Program-made: the position numbers and the translations under genes | Notes under the pieces: model-generated | The model's input: only the letters and a program-made list of their open reading frames with translations | Told to the model about the DNA's origin: nothing | The model's database searches: none | NCBI GenBank assembly: GCA_044344255.1 | Contig: JBIJDH010000008.1 | Span: 96,001-160,000, forward strand | Origin: Myxococcota bacterium | GTDB lineage: Bacteria > Myxococcota_A > UBA796 > UBA2385 | Direction: 5' to 3' | DNA length: 64,000 nucleotides | Part shown: positions 1 to 8,352 of the stretch, piece after piece | How the letters are laid out: each line of letters begins with the position of its first letter | Position numbering within the stretch: position 1 is the stretch's first letter

Positions 1-1391
1 TTCATCCGGGCGACGTCGAGCTCCCGCTTGATGAGGCGGGTGGTGAGGATGGCCCCGAGCGCGATCATCGTGATCGCCAGCACGATCACGGCGATGCGCT
101 GTCGGCGGCGGTTGGCCTGAGCGAGGCTCAGGGCCTCGGGATCTCGGGCCACCACGATCAGGGACCAGGAGGGGAGCCAGGGCCCGAGGTCCTTGGTGAC
201 CAGCGCCCCCACCGGCATCGCCTCACCTGCCGAGCGTAAGAAGGCGGCGACGGGGGCGTCGAGGCGGACGGTGCCACGGGCGTCGGCCTTCAGCTCGCCC
301 ACGATCGCGTCCAGATCGAGGGCGAAGGCATAGAAGCTGCCGTCCCACCAGGTGGTGGCCCAGAGCGCCCGCTCGCCGAGGCGCCAGTGGATGTCCCCCT
401 GGGTCATGCGCAGGCGCCCGGGGCCGCCCACGACCCGCTGATGCTCCGGGAGGAGCTCCCCCGCCCAATAGAGCGTGGCGTACCGCTCCGAGACCCGCCC
501 CCGCGCGCCCAAGGCCCAGTCCCGCTCGGCGGAGGGCTCGAGCAGCGAGAGGGCCCGCAGGGCGACGGCGCCCTCTCCCCCCTGGCCGACCGTCCAGGGG
601 GCAGCCAGCAGGTCTTCGACGAGGCTCCGGAGCGTCAGCGCCCCGTCGGCCGGCGCGCGGTTGAGCTGAAGCTCCCCCTTCTCCAGCCGCGCGAGGTCTC
701 CAAGGCGGATGCCCCACGGATCGCGGACCGAAGCGTACCGATCCTGCACTTCGTCGAGGAGGAGCATGGCCTCGCGATCCTTGCCGGCGACGATCAACAT
801 CCGCGCCCGATCGAGGGCCGCGCGGCCGGCCACGGAGGGGAGGCCGCTCTCGCGGGAGACCACCCCATAGAGCCGCGCCACGACCAGGGGATCCTGACGT
901 TGGCGCTCGGCGGCGGTGGCGGCGATCCAGCTCGGGTCAAAGAGCCCCTCGATGTCGAGGCCCACCCCCGACTCGTCGACCGCGAAGGGGCCGAGCAGGC
1001 GGCCGCCCTCGTCGAAGCGCATGGCGACCAGCAGGTGCCCGTCGAGCTCCCCCCTCGCCTCGAGCGGGCTGCGACCCGCCTCGAGCCGATCCCGAACCCT
1101 GTCTTCAAACCCTGAAAAGCGCCTGTCCACCTGGTTCCACCAGGCATCGGCGGTGCCCGCAGCCTCGGCGTTGACCTCCGCCGTCACGCTCTGCTCTTCG
1201 ACCTGGATCGAGGCGACGCCGAAGTAGGCCAGCAACAAGGCCGGCCCCACGATCGTCATCAAGAAGACCGCGACGAAGCGGAGCACGCCCTCGAGGTGGA
1301 TCGCCTCCTCCATCGCCCGCACCTCGCCGCCCTGGCGCGCCAGCAGGCGACGGAGGAGGTGCTGAACGACGGAGCGCTTCGAATCAGGCAT
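1..1391 (-). CDS. Membrane sensor histidine kinase, N-terminal part (runs off left edge)
   Basis: ATG at 1391 (MPDSKRSVV...). TM1 VLRFVAVFLMTIVGPALLLAYFGV, a long extracytoplasmic region, TM2 IAVIVLAITMIALGAILTT, then RELDVARMK, the usual lead-in to an HisKA H-box. The H-box itself is outside the window. Confidence 0.7.
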   Translation of the reverse strand, partial: MPDSKRSVVQHLLRRLLARQGGEVRAMEEAIHLEGVLRFVAVFLMTIVGPALLLAYFGVASIQVEEQSVTAEVNAEAAGTADAWWNQVDRRFSGFEDRVRDRLEAGRSPLEARGELDGHLLVAMRFDEGGRLLGPFAVDESGVGLDIEGLFDPSWIAATAAERQRQDPLVVARLYGVVSRESGLPSVAGRAALDRARMLIVAGKDREAMLLLDEVQDRYASVRDPWGIRLGDLARLEKGELQLNRAPADGALTLRSLVEDLLAAPWTVGQGGEGAVALRALSLLEPSAERDWALGARGRVSERYATLYWAGELLPEHQRVVGGPGRLRMTQGDIHWRLGERALWATTWWDGSFYAFALDLDAIVGELKADARGTVRLDAPVAAFLRSAGEAMPVGALVTKDLGPWLPSWSLIVVARDPEALSLAQANRRRQRIAVIVLAITMIALGAILTTRLIKRELDVARM

Positions 1392-1400
1392 GGGCCGCCA

Positions 1401-4232
1401 TCATAGTCCGGCGCGGGTGACCTCCTCCGTCGCGTCGTTGAGGTCGGGATCCTGTCCCGCGTCGAAGCAGTCCACCCTGCGGCCCAGCAGCCCGTGGAAG
1501 CGCTCGGGCGACAGGGTGTCCCTCCGCCCCGATCGCTCGCCGCTCAGGTAGTCGCTGATGAGCGGGGTGGCGAGATCGTACCGGCGCACGCTCCGATCGG
1601 TCGGCGCGGGCCCGTCCGCGTACGAAGCGCCGATGTCGTGAGCGAGCAGCCGGTTGTCCTCGATGCTGCGCTCATTCTGGAGGGTGAGGCCCCCCGCACA
1701 CTCGAGGCGCGAGCGGAGCCGGCCCCCGTGAGCGCCGGTGGCCTTGAGCGCCCGGCTGAGGCCGATGCCAGGATCTCCCTGCCGATCGGTCCAGGGGATC
1801 ACCCGCACCCGGGCCGAGGTCAGGGCGCCGCCGTCCTGGTGTCGATGGACACCCGCCTCGAGGCGCAGCATCCCGTGGGCGAAGCGCCCGCGCACCGCGG
1901 CGATCACCGGCTCATCGGCGGAGTAGGGCTCGCAGATCCACTCCCACCGGTGCCCCTGGGCCTCGGCCCAGGCCTTGTAGACCCCCACGAGGAAGTCCCT
2001 CGCCGCCTGCCCGCCGGGGCCCACCGGTCGCACGTCGAGGATGGCGTCCCAGTGGCCCGAGGGGCCCATCCGCACCAGCTCCCGCCAGCCGACCTGCAGC
2101 CCGGCCTCCGCCTGCTCGTGGGCCGCGGCGACCCGCTGGAGGCGCTGCCGGGTGTCGGCGCCGCGCAGCTCCTCCTCCACGGTGTCGATGCGGGCCCGCA
2201 GGCGATCGAGCCGGTCGAGGGTGGTGGTGATGCGGTCGAGGTCGCGCAGCGCCCGCGCCGCCTCGTCGGCCGCCCGCCAGAAGTCGGTCTGCTTCCGCCG
2301 CACGAGGAGCTGCTCCCGCTCGACCCGCAGGCCCTCTTCACCCACCGCCACCGACAACGCCGCCCAGTCCTCGCGGAGGCGCCCCACGGCCTCGACCAGG
2401 GCCTCCCGGCTCAGGGTCCGGCCCTCCGGCGAGCGCGGGCCCTCCGGCTCCCGTCGCGCCTCCTTTGCGCTCTCGGTGTCGAGCAGCCGCACCTTCACCT
2501 TGCCCTCGGCGGCCACCACCCGGAGGAGCTGCCCCGGGTCGACCTTCTTCTCGAGCAAGGTGAGCGCGATCGGCAGCACGATCTGGCGCTGCAGCACCCG
2601 CGGCAAGGCTCGAGCCCCGTAACGCTCGTCCTGCCCCCGCTCGATCGCGAGGTCGAGGGCACCGTCATCCACCTCGATGACGAGGTCACGGAGGGCGACC
2701 GCCTCCCGGCTGAGCGCGCGGCCCAGCTCCTGCCGGGCCACGGCTCGGAGCTGCTCCAGCGACAAGGGGTGGAAGACGACGATCTGCTGGAAGCGGCTCA
2801 GGAGCTCGGGGCGGAGCTGGGCCTCGAGGGCCTCGCGGGTGCGCTGTCGTCGGAGCTCCGCGAGGCTCCCCGCCCCGAAGCCGAGGCCACGGGCCCCCTC
2901 CAAGGCGCCGACGGTCGAGCAGCAGATGACGATCGTGCTCCGGAGATCGACCACGGTGCGCCCGGGGAGGCGGATCAGCCCCTCGTCGAGGATCGGCCCC
3001 AGGAGCTCGAGGGCGTGGGCGGGGGCCCGGTCGAGCTCCTCGAAGAGCAGCACCTGGAAGGGGTTGGCCCGCAGCGGATCGAGCAGCGAGGCCGGACGAT
3101 CCGGGGCCGCCGTCACGCCGAGCCAGCGCTCGAAGCGAGGGTCCTCCCGGAGCTCCGAGAGATCGAAGCGCAGGAGCCGCTCCGGGCCGCCGAAGAGCAG
3201 GGTGGCGAGGGCCCGGGCGAGCTCCGTCTTCCCCACCCCAGTCGGCCCCACGAAGAGGAAGGCGCCGATCGGCCGGCTCGGATCGTGCAGTCCCGCCTTG
3301 AAGAGGGCGATACACTCGATGATCGCCTCGATGGCCTCTACCTGGCCGACGATCCGCTCCTCGAACCAGGCGCGGAGCTCGCTCACCCTCCGCGTCGCCT
3401 CTCGCGAGACCACGAAGGCCGGCAACCCCGACCGCTTGGCGAAGACCGCCTCGATCAAGGCGCCGGAGACCGCGCCCGCCCCCTCCGCCTTCCGCTCCTC
3501 GATCACCGCCGCGAGCAGGGCGCGGGCCGGGCCGGGCTGCGGCTCTCCGGGCAAGAAGCGGCGGGTGAGCGAGAGGAGCTGGTGCAGCGCCTCGGCGCTG
3601 AGCCCGATGCCCTGCTCCGCCCCCACCCGCGCCAGGAGCTCGAGCACCGCCGGTGCGCCGAGCTCTTCGACGACCAGCAGCTCGAAGAGCGAGAAGAAGG
3701 CTGGGTGCCGCCGGAGCTCCTCCACGAGCTCCGGCCGCGCTTCCAGCACGAGGCGGGCGCGCCCGCGCTCCATCCAGGCCCGGAGCAGGTCAAACACGCC
3801 GCGCTGGCCCTGCCCACCGAGGCCGAGCGCCTGGAGGTTCCAGACGTCGGGGAGGTAGATCGCCGCCCCGGCCGCCTCTGCCGCCCCGAGCAGGCCGCGC
3901 AGGCGAGACTCTCCCTCCCCCGACGATCGAGCGCCCAACGTGATCGTCGCGCCCGTGACCTCGACGATACCCCCCGGCAGGCCGCCCAGACAGCGCGCCC
4001 CGGCGGCGACGACCAGGGCCGACTTCCCGACGCCCCGTGGCCCCACCACCAGGACCGATCGTCCGCGTTCAAGCCAGCCGATCAGGCGACCGATCTCCTC
4101 TTCGCGGTGTCCGAGCGCCCCGAAGCGCGCGGCGGCGACCCCAGGGTCAAGCCGCGTGGCCGCTTGGAACACCCCGCCGTCTCCTCGACCCTCCACGGCC
4201 GCCAATTCGACCTCCCCCTGCGCGCTCACCAT
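1401..4232 (-). CDS. ClpA/ClpB-like double AAA+ ATPase fused to a C-terminal release factor 2-like (PCRF/RF-1) module
   Basis: Walker A motifs GPRGVGKS and FLFVGPTGVGKTELA; RFDLSE, RPELLSR, GARAL. C-terminal ~335 aa contain DFWRAADEA, VYKAWAE, HGMLRLEAGVHR, QNERS, VRRY. Start is ATG 4232 or GTG 4280. Confidence 0.85.
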   Translation of the reverse strand: MVSAQGEVELAAVEGRGDGGVFQAATRLDPGVAAARFGALGHREEEIGRLIGWLERGRSVLVVGPRGVGKSALVVAAGARCLGGLPGGIVEVTGATITLGARSSGEGESRLRGLLGAAEAAGAAIYLPDVWNLQALGLGGQGQRGVFDLLRAWMERGRARLVLEARPELVEELRRHPAFFSLFELLVVEELGAPAVLELLARVGAEQGIGLSAEALHQLLSLTRRFLPGEPQPGPARALLAAVIEERKAEGAGAVSGALIEAVFAKRSGLPAFVVSREATRRVSELRAWFEERIVGQVEAIEAIIECIALFKAGLHDPSRPIGAFLFVGPTGVGKTELARALATLLFGGPERLLRFDLSELREDPRFERWLGVTAAPDRPASLLDPLRANPFQVLLFEELDRAPAHALELLGPILDEGLIRLPGRTVVDLRSTIVICCSTVGALEGARGLGFGAGSLAELRRQRTREALEAQLRPELLSRFQQIVVFHPLSLEQLRAVARQELGRALSREAVALRDLVIEVDDGALDLAIERGQDERYGARALPRVLQRQIVLPIALTLLEKKVDPGQLLRVVAAEGKVKVRLLDTESAKEARREPEGPRSPEGRTLSREALVEAVGRLREDWAALSVAVGEEGLRVEREQLLVRRKQTDFWRAADEAARALRDLDRITTTLDRLDRLRARIDTVEEELRGADTRQRLQRVAAAHEQAEAGLQVGWRELVRMGPSGHWDAILDVRPVGPGGQAARDFLVGVYKAWAEAQGHRWEWICEPYSADEPVIAAVRGRFAHGMLRLEAGVHRHQDGGALTSARVRVIPWTDRQGDPGIGLSRALKATGAHGGRLRSRLECAGGLTLQNERSIEDNRLLAHDIGASYADGPAPTDRSVRRYDLATPLISDYLSGERSGRRDTLSPERFHGLLGRRVDCFDAGQDPDLNDATEEVTRAGL

Positions 4233-4294
4233 TCGACACCACCGCGCCGAAGCGTAGCCCGCCGGATACACTGGCCGCACTACACGGACCCCCC

Positions 4295-6916
4295 ATGCCC
4301 GCGTCGCCGAATTTTGTCCTCTGCTCCGTCACCCCTCCCCTCGGGCGCGCCGCCCCGCGGGGTCGGCGCCTGCTCGGCCTGTCCGTGCTCCTCGGGTGTC
4401 TCCTCGCCGCCGGCCTCGGCGGCTGCGCCGACGGAGACGAGCCCGCCATCCCCCTGCTCGACGCCGATGGAGATCACTGGGCCCGCACCGTCGACTGCGA
4501 CGACACCGACCCGAGCGTGCACCCTGACGCCGAGGAGCGCTGCGACAACATCGACAACAACTGCGACGGCGTGATCGATCAGGACGCGGTCGACACCACC
4601 CAGTTCTACGCCGACGCAGACGGCGACGGCTTCGGCGACGAGGAGTACGGCTGGATCACCTGCAGCCTGCCCGAGGGCTACGCCGACAACGCCCTCGACT
4701 GCGCTGACCTCGACGCCACGATCAACCCGGGCTCCACCGAGATCTGCGACGAGATCGACAACGACTGCGACGAGGAGATCGACGAGCCCGGGGCGCTCGG
4801 CCCCACCGACTGGTACTACGACGATGACGGCGACGGCTACGGCGACCCCGCCGTGCACGAGACCGGCTGCCAGCCCTCCGAGGGCTACGTCGCCGACAAC
4901 ACCGACTGCAACGACGACGCCTCCGCCATCTTCCCCGGCGCGCCCGAGCTCTGCGACGACGAAGACCTCGACGAGGACTGCGACGGCCTCATCGACGACG
5001 CGGACACCTCCGCCAGCGGCAAGGTGCGCTGGTACTACGACGCCGACGCCGACAGCTACGGCAGCGCCGACTTTTCGCTGGCCACCGAGGCCTGCGACCA
5101 GCCGCCCGGCTACGCCGCCAACTACGACGACTGCGACGACGCCGACCGCACCATCAACCCCGCCGCCACCGAGCTCTGCGGGGACGACATCGACAACGAC
5201 TGCGACGGCTCGATCGACGGGGACGACGAAGGCGCTCGCCTCGTCGACTGGTACGCCGACGCCGACGGCGACACCTACGGCGACCCCGACGCCTACTACG
5301 GCCGCGTCTGTGACGGCCCAGAGGGCACCGTCGCCGACAATTCCGACTGCGACGACACCAACCCCGCGGCCAACCCCGCCGTGGTCGAGACTTGGTACGA
5401 CGGCGTCGACAGCGACTGCGATGGCTGGAGCGACTACGACCAAGACCTCGACGGCTTCGACTCCGTCGAGTACGGCGGCGCCGACTGTGACGATCTCGAC
5501 CCCCTCGTGAGCCCGGGCGACATCGAGATCTGCGGCGACGGCATCGACAATGACTGCAACAGCGTCGAAGACGACTGCGCGATCCAGGCCACCTTCACCG
5601 GCGCCGCCCTCGGTGACATCGCAGGCGGCGCGGTCGCCGGCCTCGGGGACGTCAACGGCGACGGCTACGGCGACATCTGCATCGGCGCCGACCGCGAGGA
5701 CACCGCGGGCGCGGGCGCCGGGGCCGCCTATGTGGTGCTCGGCCCCGTCGAAGGCGACCACAGCCTCTCGGGCGCCGACGCCACGCTGACGGGCGAGGCC
5801 ATCGGCGACCACGCCGGCATCTCGCTGGCCGCCGCCGGTGACGTCGACGGAGATGGCTACGACGACCTCTACGTCGGCGCCACCGGCTACTCCATCGGCA
5901 CCACCGAGGTCAGCATCGGCGCGACCTACCTCGTGTCCGGCCCCATCGAGGGTGACATCAGCCTCGGCAGCGCCACCGCCAGCCTGCGCGGGGAGGCGGC
6001 CTACGACGCCTCCGCCACCTCGATCTACAACGCCGGCGACGTGGACGGCGACGGCACCCCCGACCTCATCATCGGCGCGCCGGGGGAGGACTCCGGCGGG
6101 GTCGAGGCGGGCGCCGCCTACCTCATCTCCGGGCCCATCACCACCAGCCAGCGGCTGTGGGCGGCCGAGGCCAAGTTCCTCGGCGAGTCCCCGGGAGACA
6201 CCGCCGGCAGCTCCGTCTGCACCGCCGGTGACGTCGATGGTGACGGCCGCGCCGACCTCCTCATCGGCGCGCCGAACGAGCACGTGAGCGGCACCTACGC
6301 GGGCGCCGTCTACCTCTTCCACGGCGCGGTGCGGGGCGAGTACAGCCTGTCGGAGGCCGACGGCAAGCGCACCGGCTCCAACTCCGGCGACCTCTTCGGC
6401 TTCTCGGTGGCCGGCGGCGGCGACCTCAACGGCGACGGCTACGACGACATCCTCGTCGGCGCCCCCGAGCAAGACCAGGGCGGCGGGGCCTCGGGCGCCG
6501 TCTACATCTTCTACGGCCCCTGGGACGGCCAGGGCGACACCAGCGCCGCCGACGCCCTCCTCGTGGGGGAGAACAATGACGACCAGGCCGGCTCCTCGGT
6601 GGCCATCGCCGGCGACCTCGACGACAACGGCCAGGTCGACGCCCTCATCGGCGCGCGGATCGAAGACAGCGGCGGCAGCGACGCGGGCGCCGTCTACATC
6701 CTGCTCAACCCGCCGTCCGGCACCCTCGACCTCTCGGCCCTGCAGGGCAAGGTGCTCGGCGACGATCAGGACGACCTCGCCGGCTACGCGATCTCGGGTG
6801 CCCCGGACGTCGACGGAGACGGCGTAGACGACCTCCTCGTCGGCGCCCCCTACGACGACAGCACCCGCCAGGACGCGGGCCTCGTCTGGCTCATCGCGGG
6901 CGGTGGCTGGCCCTGA
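4295..6916 (+). CDS. Lipoprotein with Cys/Asp-rich putative metal-binding (MopE-like) repeats and FG-GAP beta-propeller
   Basis: Lipobox-like LAAGLGGC; six DCDD..P...E.CD..DN.CDG repeats; seven GDxxGDGxxD...GA FG-GAP repeats. Confidence 0.85.
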   Translation: MPASPNFVLCSVTPPLGRAAPRGRRLLGLSVLLGCLLAAGLGGCADGDEPAIPLLDADGDHWARTVDCDDTDPSVHPDAEERCDNIDNNCDGVIDQDAVDTTQFYADADGDGFGDEEYGWITCSLPEGYADNALDCADLDATINPGSTEICDEIDNDCDEEIDEPGALGPTDWYYDDDGDGYGDPAVHETGCQPSEGYVADNTDCNDDASAIFPGAPELCDDEDLDEDCDGLIDDADTSASGKVRWYYDADADSYGSADFSLATEACDQPPGYAANYDDCDDADRTINPAATELCGDDIDNDCDGSIDGDDEGARLVDWYADADGDTYGDPDAYYGRVCDGPEGTVADNSDCDDTNPAANPAVVETWYDGVDSDCDGWSDYDQDLDGFDSVEYGGADCDDLDPLVSPGDIEICGDGIDNDCNSVEDDCAIQATFTGAALGDIAGGAVAGLGDVNGDGYGDICIGADREDTAGAGAGAAYVVLGPVEGDHSLSGADATLTGEAIGDHAGISLAAAGDVDGDGYDDLYVGATGYSIGTTEVSIGATYLVSGPIEGDISLGSATASLRGEAAYDASATSIYNAGDVDGDGTPDLIIGAPGEDSGGVEAGAAYLISGPITTSQRLWAAEAKFLGESPGDTAGSSVCTAGDVDGDGRADLLIGAPNEHVSGTYAGAVYLFHGAVRGEYSLSEADGKRTGSNSGDLFGFSVAGGGDLNGDGYDDILVGAPEQDQGGGASGAVYIFYGPWDGQGDTSAADALLVGENNDDQAGSSVAIAGDLDDNGQVDALIGARIEDSGGSDAGAVYILLNPPSGTLDLSALQGKVLGDDQDDLAGYAISGAPDVDGDGVDDLLVGAPYDDSTRQDAGLVWLIAGGGWP

Positions 6917-6928
6917 GCGGCGCGGCGC

Positions 6929-7285
6929 TCAGCCGGCGATCAGCCGGTCGAGCTCTCCGTTGGCGGCCAGGGCCTCGGTGTCCTTGAAGCCGCCAACGAG
7001 CGCGCCGTTGATGAAGACCTGCGGGAAGGTCGGCCAGCCGCTCCAGAGCTTGATCGCGAGGCGCACCTTCCAGCCGCTCATGTAGTTGCCGTAGCCAAGG
7101 TAGGTGTACTTCACGCCCTTGGCGTCGAGGAACTTGCGGACGCTCTTGACGACCGGGTTCCAGCCCATCCCGACCACGACCACCTTGTCCCGGCGGACCG
7201 CCTCGGAGACCTGCTGGACGACATCGGCGTGAAAGGCCACCATGGTAGCGGCGGCGGCGGGGTGGATCTTGGCGAGCGCGGGCAT
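6929..7285 (-). CDS. Glutaredoxin-fold protein (monothiol Grx-like, no cysteine)
   Basis: SGWPTFPQVFINGALVGG signature; GGAGG RBS upstream. Confidence 0.8.
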   Translation of the reverse strand: MPALAKIHPAAAATMVAFHADVVQQVSEAVRRDKVVVVGMGWNPVVKSVRKFLDAKGVKYTYLGYGNYMSGWKVRLAIKLWSGWPTFPQVFINGALVGGFKDTEALAANGELDRLIAG

Positions 7286-7353
7286 CGGAACCTCCGGAGG
7301 AGCGCCGTGAATAGCCGCCGATCTCCGCCGGTCAAGGCCGCCCCCGCGAACGC

Positions 7354-8259
7354 TCAGGGGCCGCCGAGCTTGTTCAGCTCCTCAAAGCCGGGGAGCTGGG
7401 AGAGGTCGGGCACCACCACGATCTCGATGCGCCGGTTGGCCGCCTTGCCCTCCTTCGTGTTGTTCGCCGAGACCGGGTGGTGCTCGGAGAAGGAGGCCGC
7501 CGAGAGGTGATCGGGCGCCACGCCCCCCGTGATGAGGGCCTGCAGCACCACGGTGGCCCGCGCGCTGGCCAGCTCCCAGTTGGAGGGGAAACGGTCGGTC
7601 TTGATGGGCACGTTGTCGGTGTGGCCCTCGACCTGGAAGCGCCGGTCGGGGATCTGGGCCAGCACCGCGGCGACGCCGGCGATGGCCGTCTGCCCCTCGG
7701 GGGAGAGCTCGGCCTTGCCCGAGGCGAAGAGGATGTCGGTGGCGAGCTCCACCACGAGGCGCCCGTTGACGATCTTGACCTTGAGCTGGCCGGCGTCGAT
7801 GAGCTTCTGGAAGCGGGCGAGGAGGTCCCGATACTCGGCGATCCGCTTCTCGGCGGAGGCCTTTCGCGCCGCCGCGTCGCGGAGCGCGCCCTCCATCTCC
7901 TTGATGCTGGCGTTGAGCGCGCTCTTGTCCTTGAGAAGGCCCGCCTTCTCTCCGCGCAGCCCGGAGAGCTCCTGGTTGGCCACGCTGAGCCTGCCCTCGA
8001 GCTCCTTCACCTGCCGGTCGGCTCCCTCGCGCTTGGACTGCTCCCCAGCGAGGGCGGCCTCGAGGCTCTGGACCTTCGTGTCCTTCTCGGCGCCCACGGC
8101 CTCCGCGGCGGCGAGCTTGCCCCGCGTCGCGCTGAGCTCCGCTTGGACGAGGTCATAGTCGCGCTTCGGCACACAGGCGGCCGACACCAGGCTGAGCGCG
8201 GCGGCCAAGAGCACCGGAAGCGCGGAAGACACAGGACGGAACGTACACGAGCGGGTCAT
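7354..8259 (-). CDS. OmpA/MotB-family peptidoglycan-binding lipoprotein with coiled-coil linker
   Basis: SAAC lipobox; heptad region; ILFASGKAEL, VEGHTDNVP, NWELASARA, NRRIEI. Confidence 0.85.
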   Translation of the reverse strand: MTRSCTFRPVSSALPVLLAAALSLVSAACVPKRDYDLVQAELSATRGKLAAAEAVGAEKDTKVQSLEAALAGEQSKREGADRQVKELEGRLSVANQELSGLRGEKAGLLKDKSALNASIKEMEGALRDAAARKASAEKRIAEYRDLLARFQKLIDAGQLKVKIVNGRLVVELATDILFASGKAELSPEGQTAIAGVAAVLAQIPDRRFQVEGHTDNVPIKTDRFPSNWELASARATVVLQALITGGVAPDHLSAASFSEHHPVSANNTKEGKAANRRIEIVVVPDLSQLPGFEELNKLGGP

Positions 8260-8352
8260 CTCCCCTCCCCTTCTCGCGTCACCCTAACCGGGCCCGGCGC
8301 GCCGATCCGCTATAGTCGGCGAGCCGCCCGCCCTGAACCGTATGGGTCCCCG

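Noticed and set aside
2005..2025. GPGGQ in the RF2-like module as the catalytic GGQ
   Set aside because: It aligns with the AGSGGTE loop before the MYLRWAE helix, not with the catalytic loop, which lies about 90 residues later and reads GAHGG.
1494..4574. 1026-aa plus-strand ORF
   Set aside because: Antisense shadow of the Clp-RF gene; no motifs; long stop-free frames are expected at this GC content.
7354..8259. Flagellar stator motB
   Set aside because: It has a lipobox rather than the Asp-containing TM helix, and no motA is adjacent.
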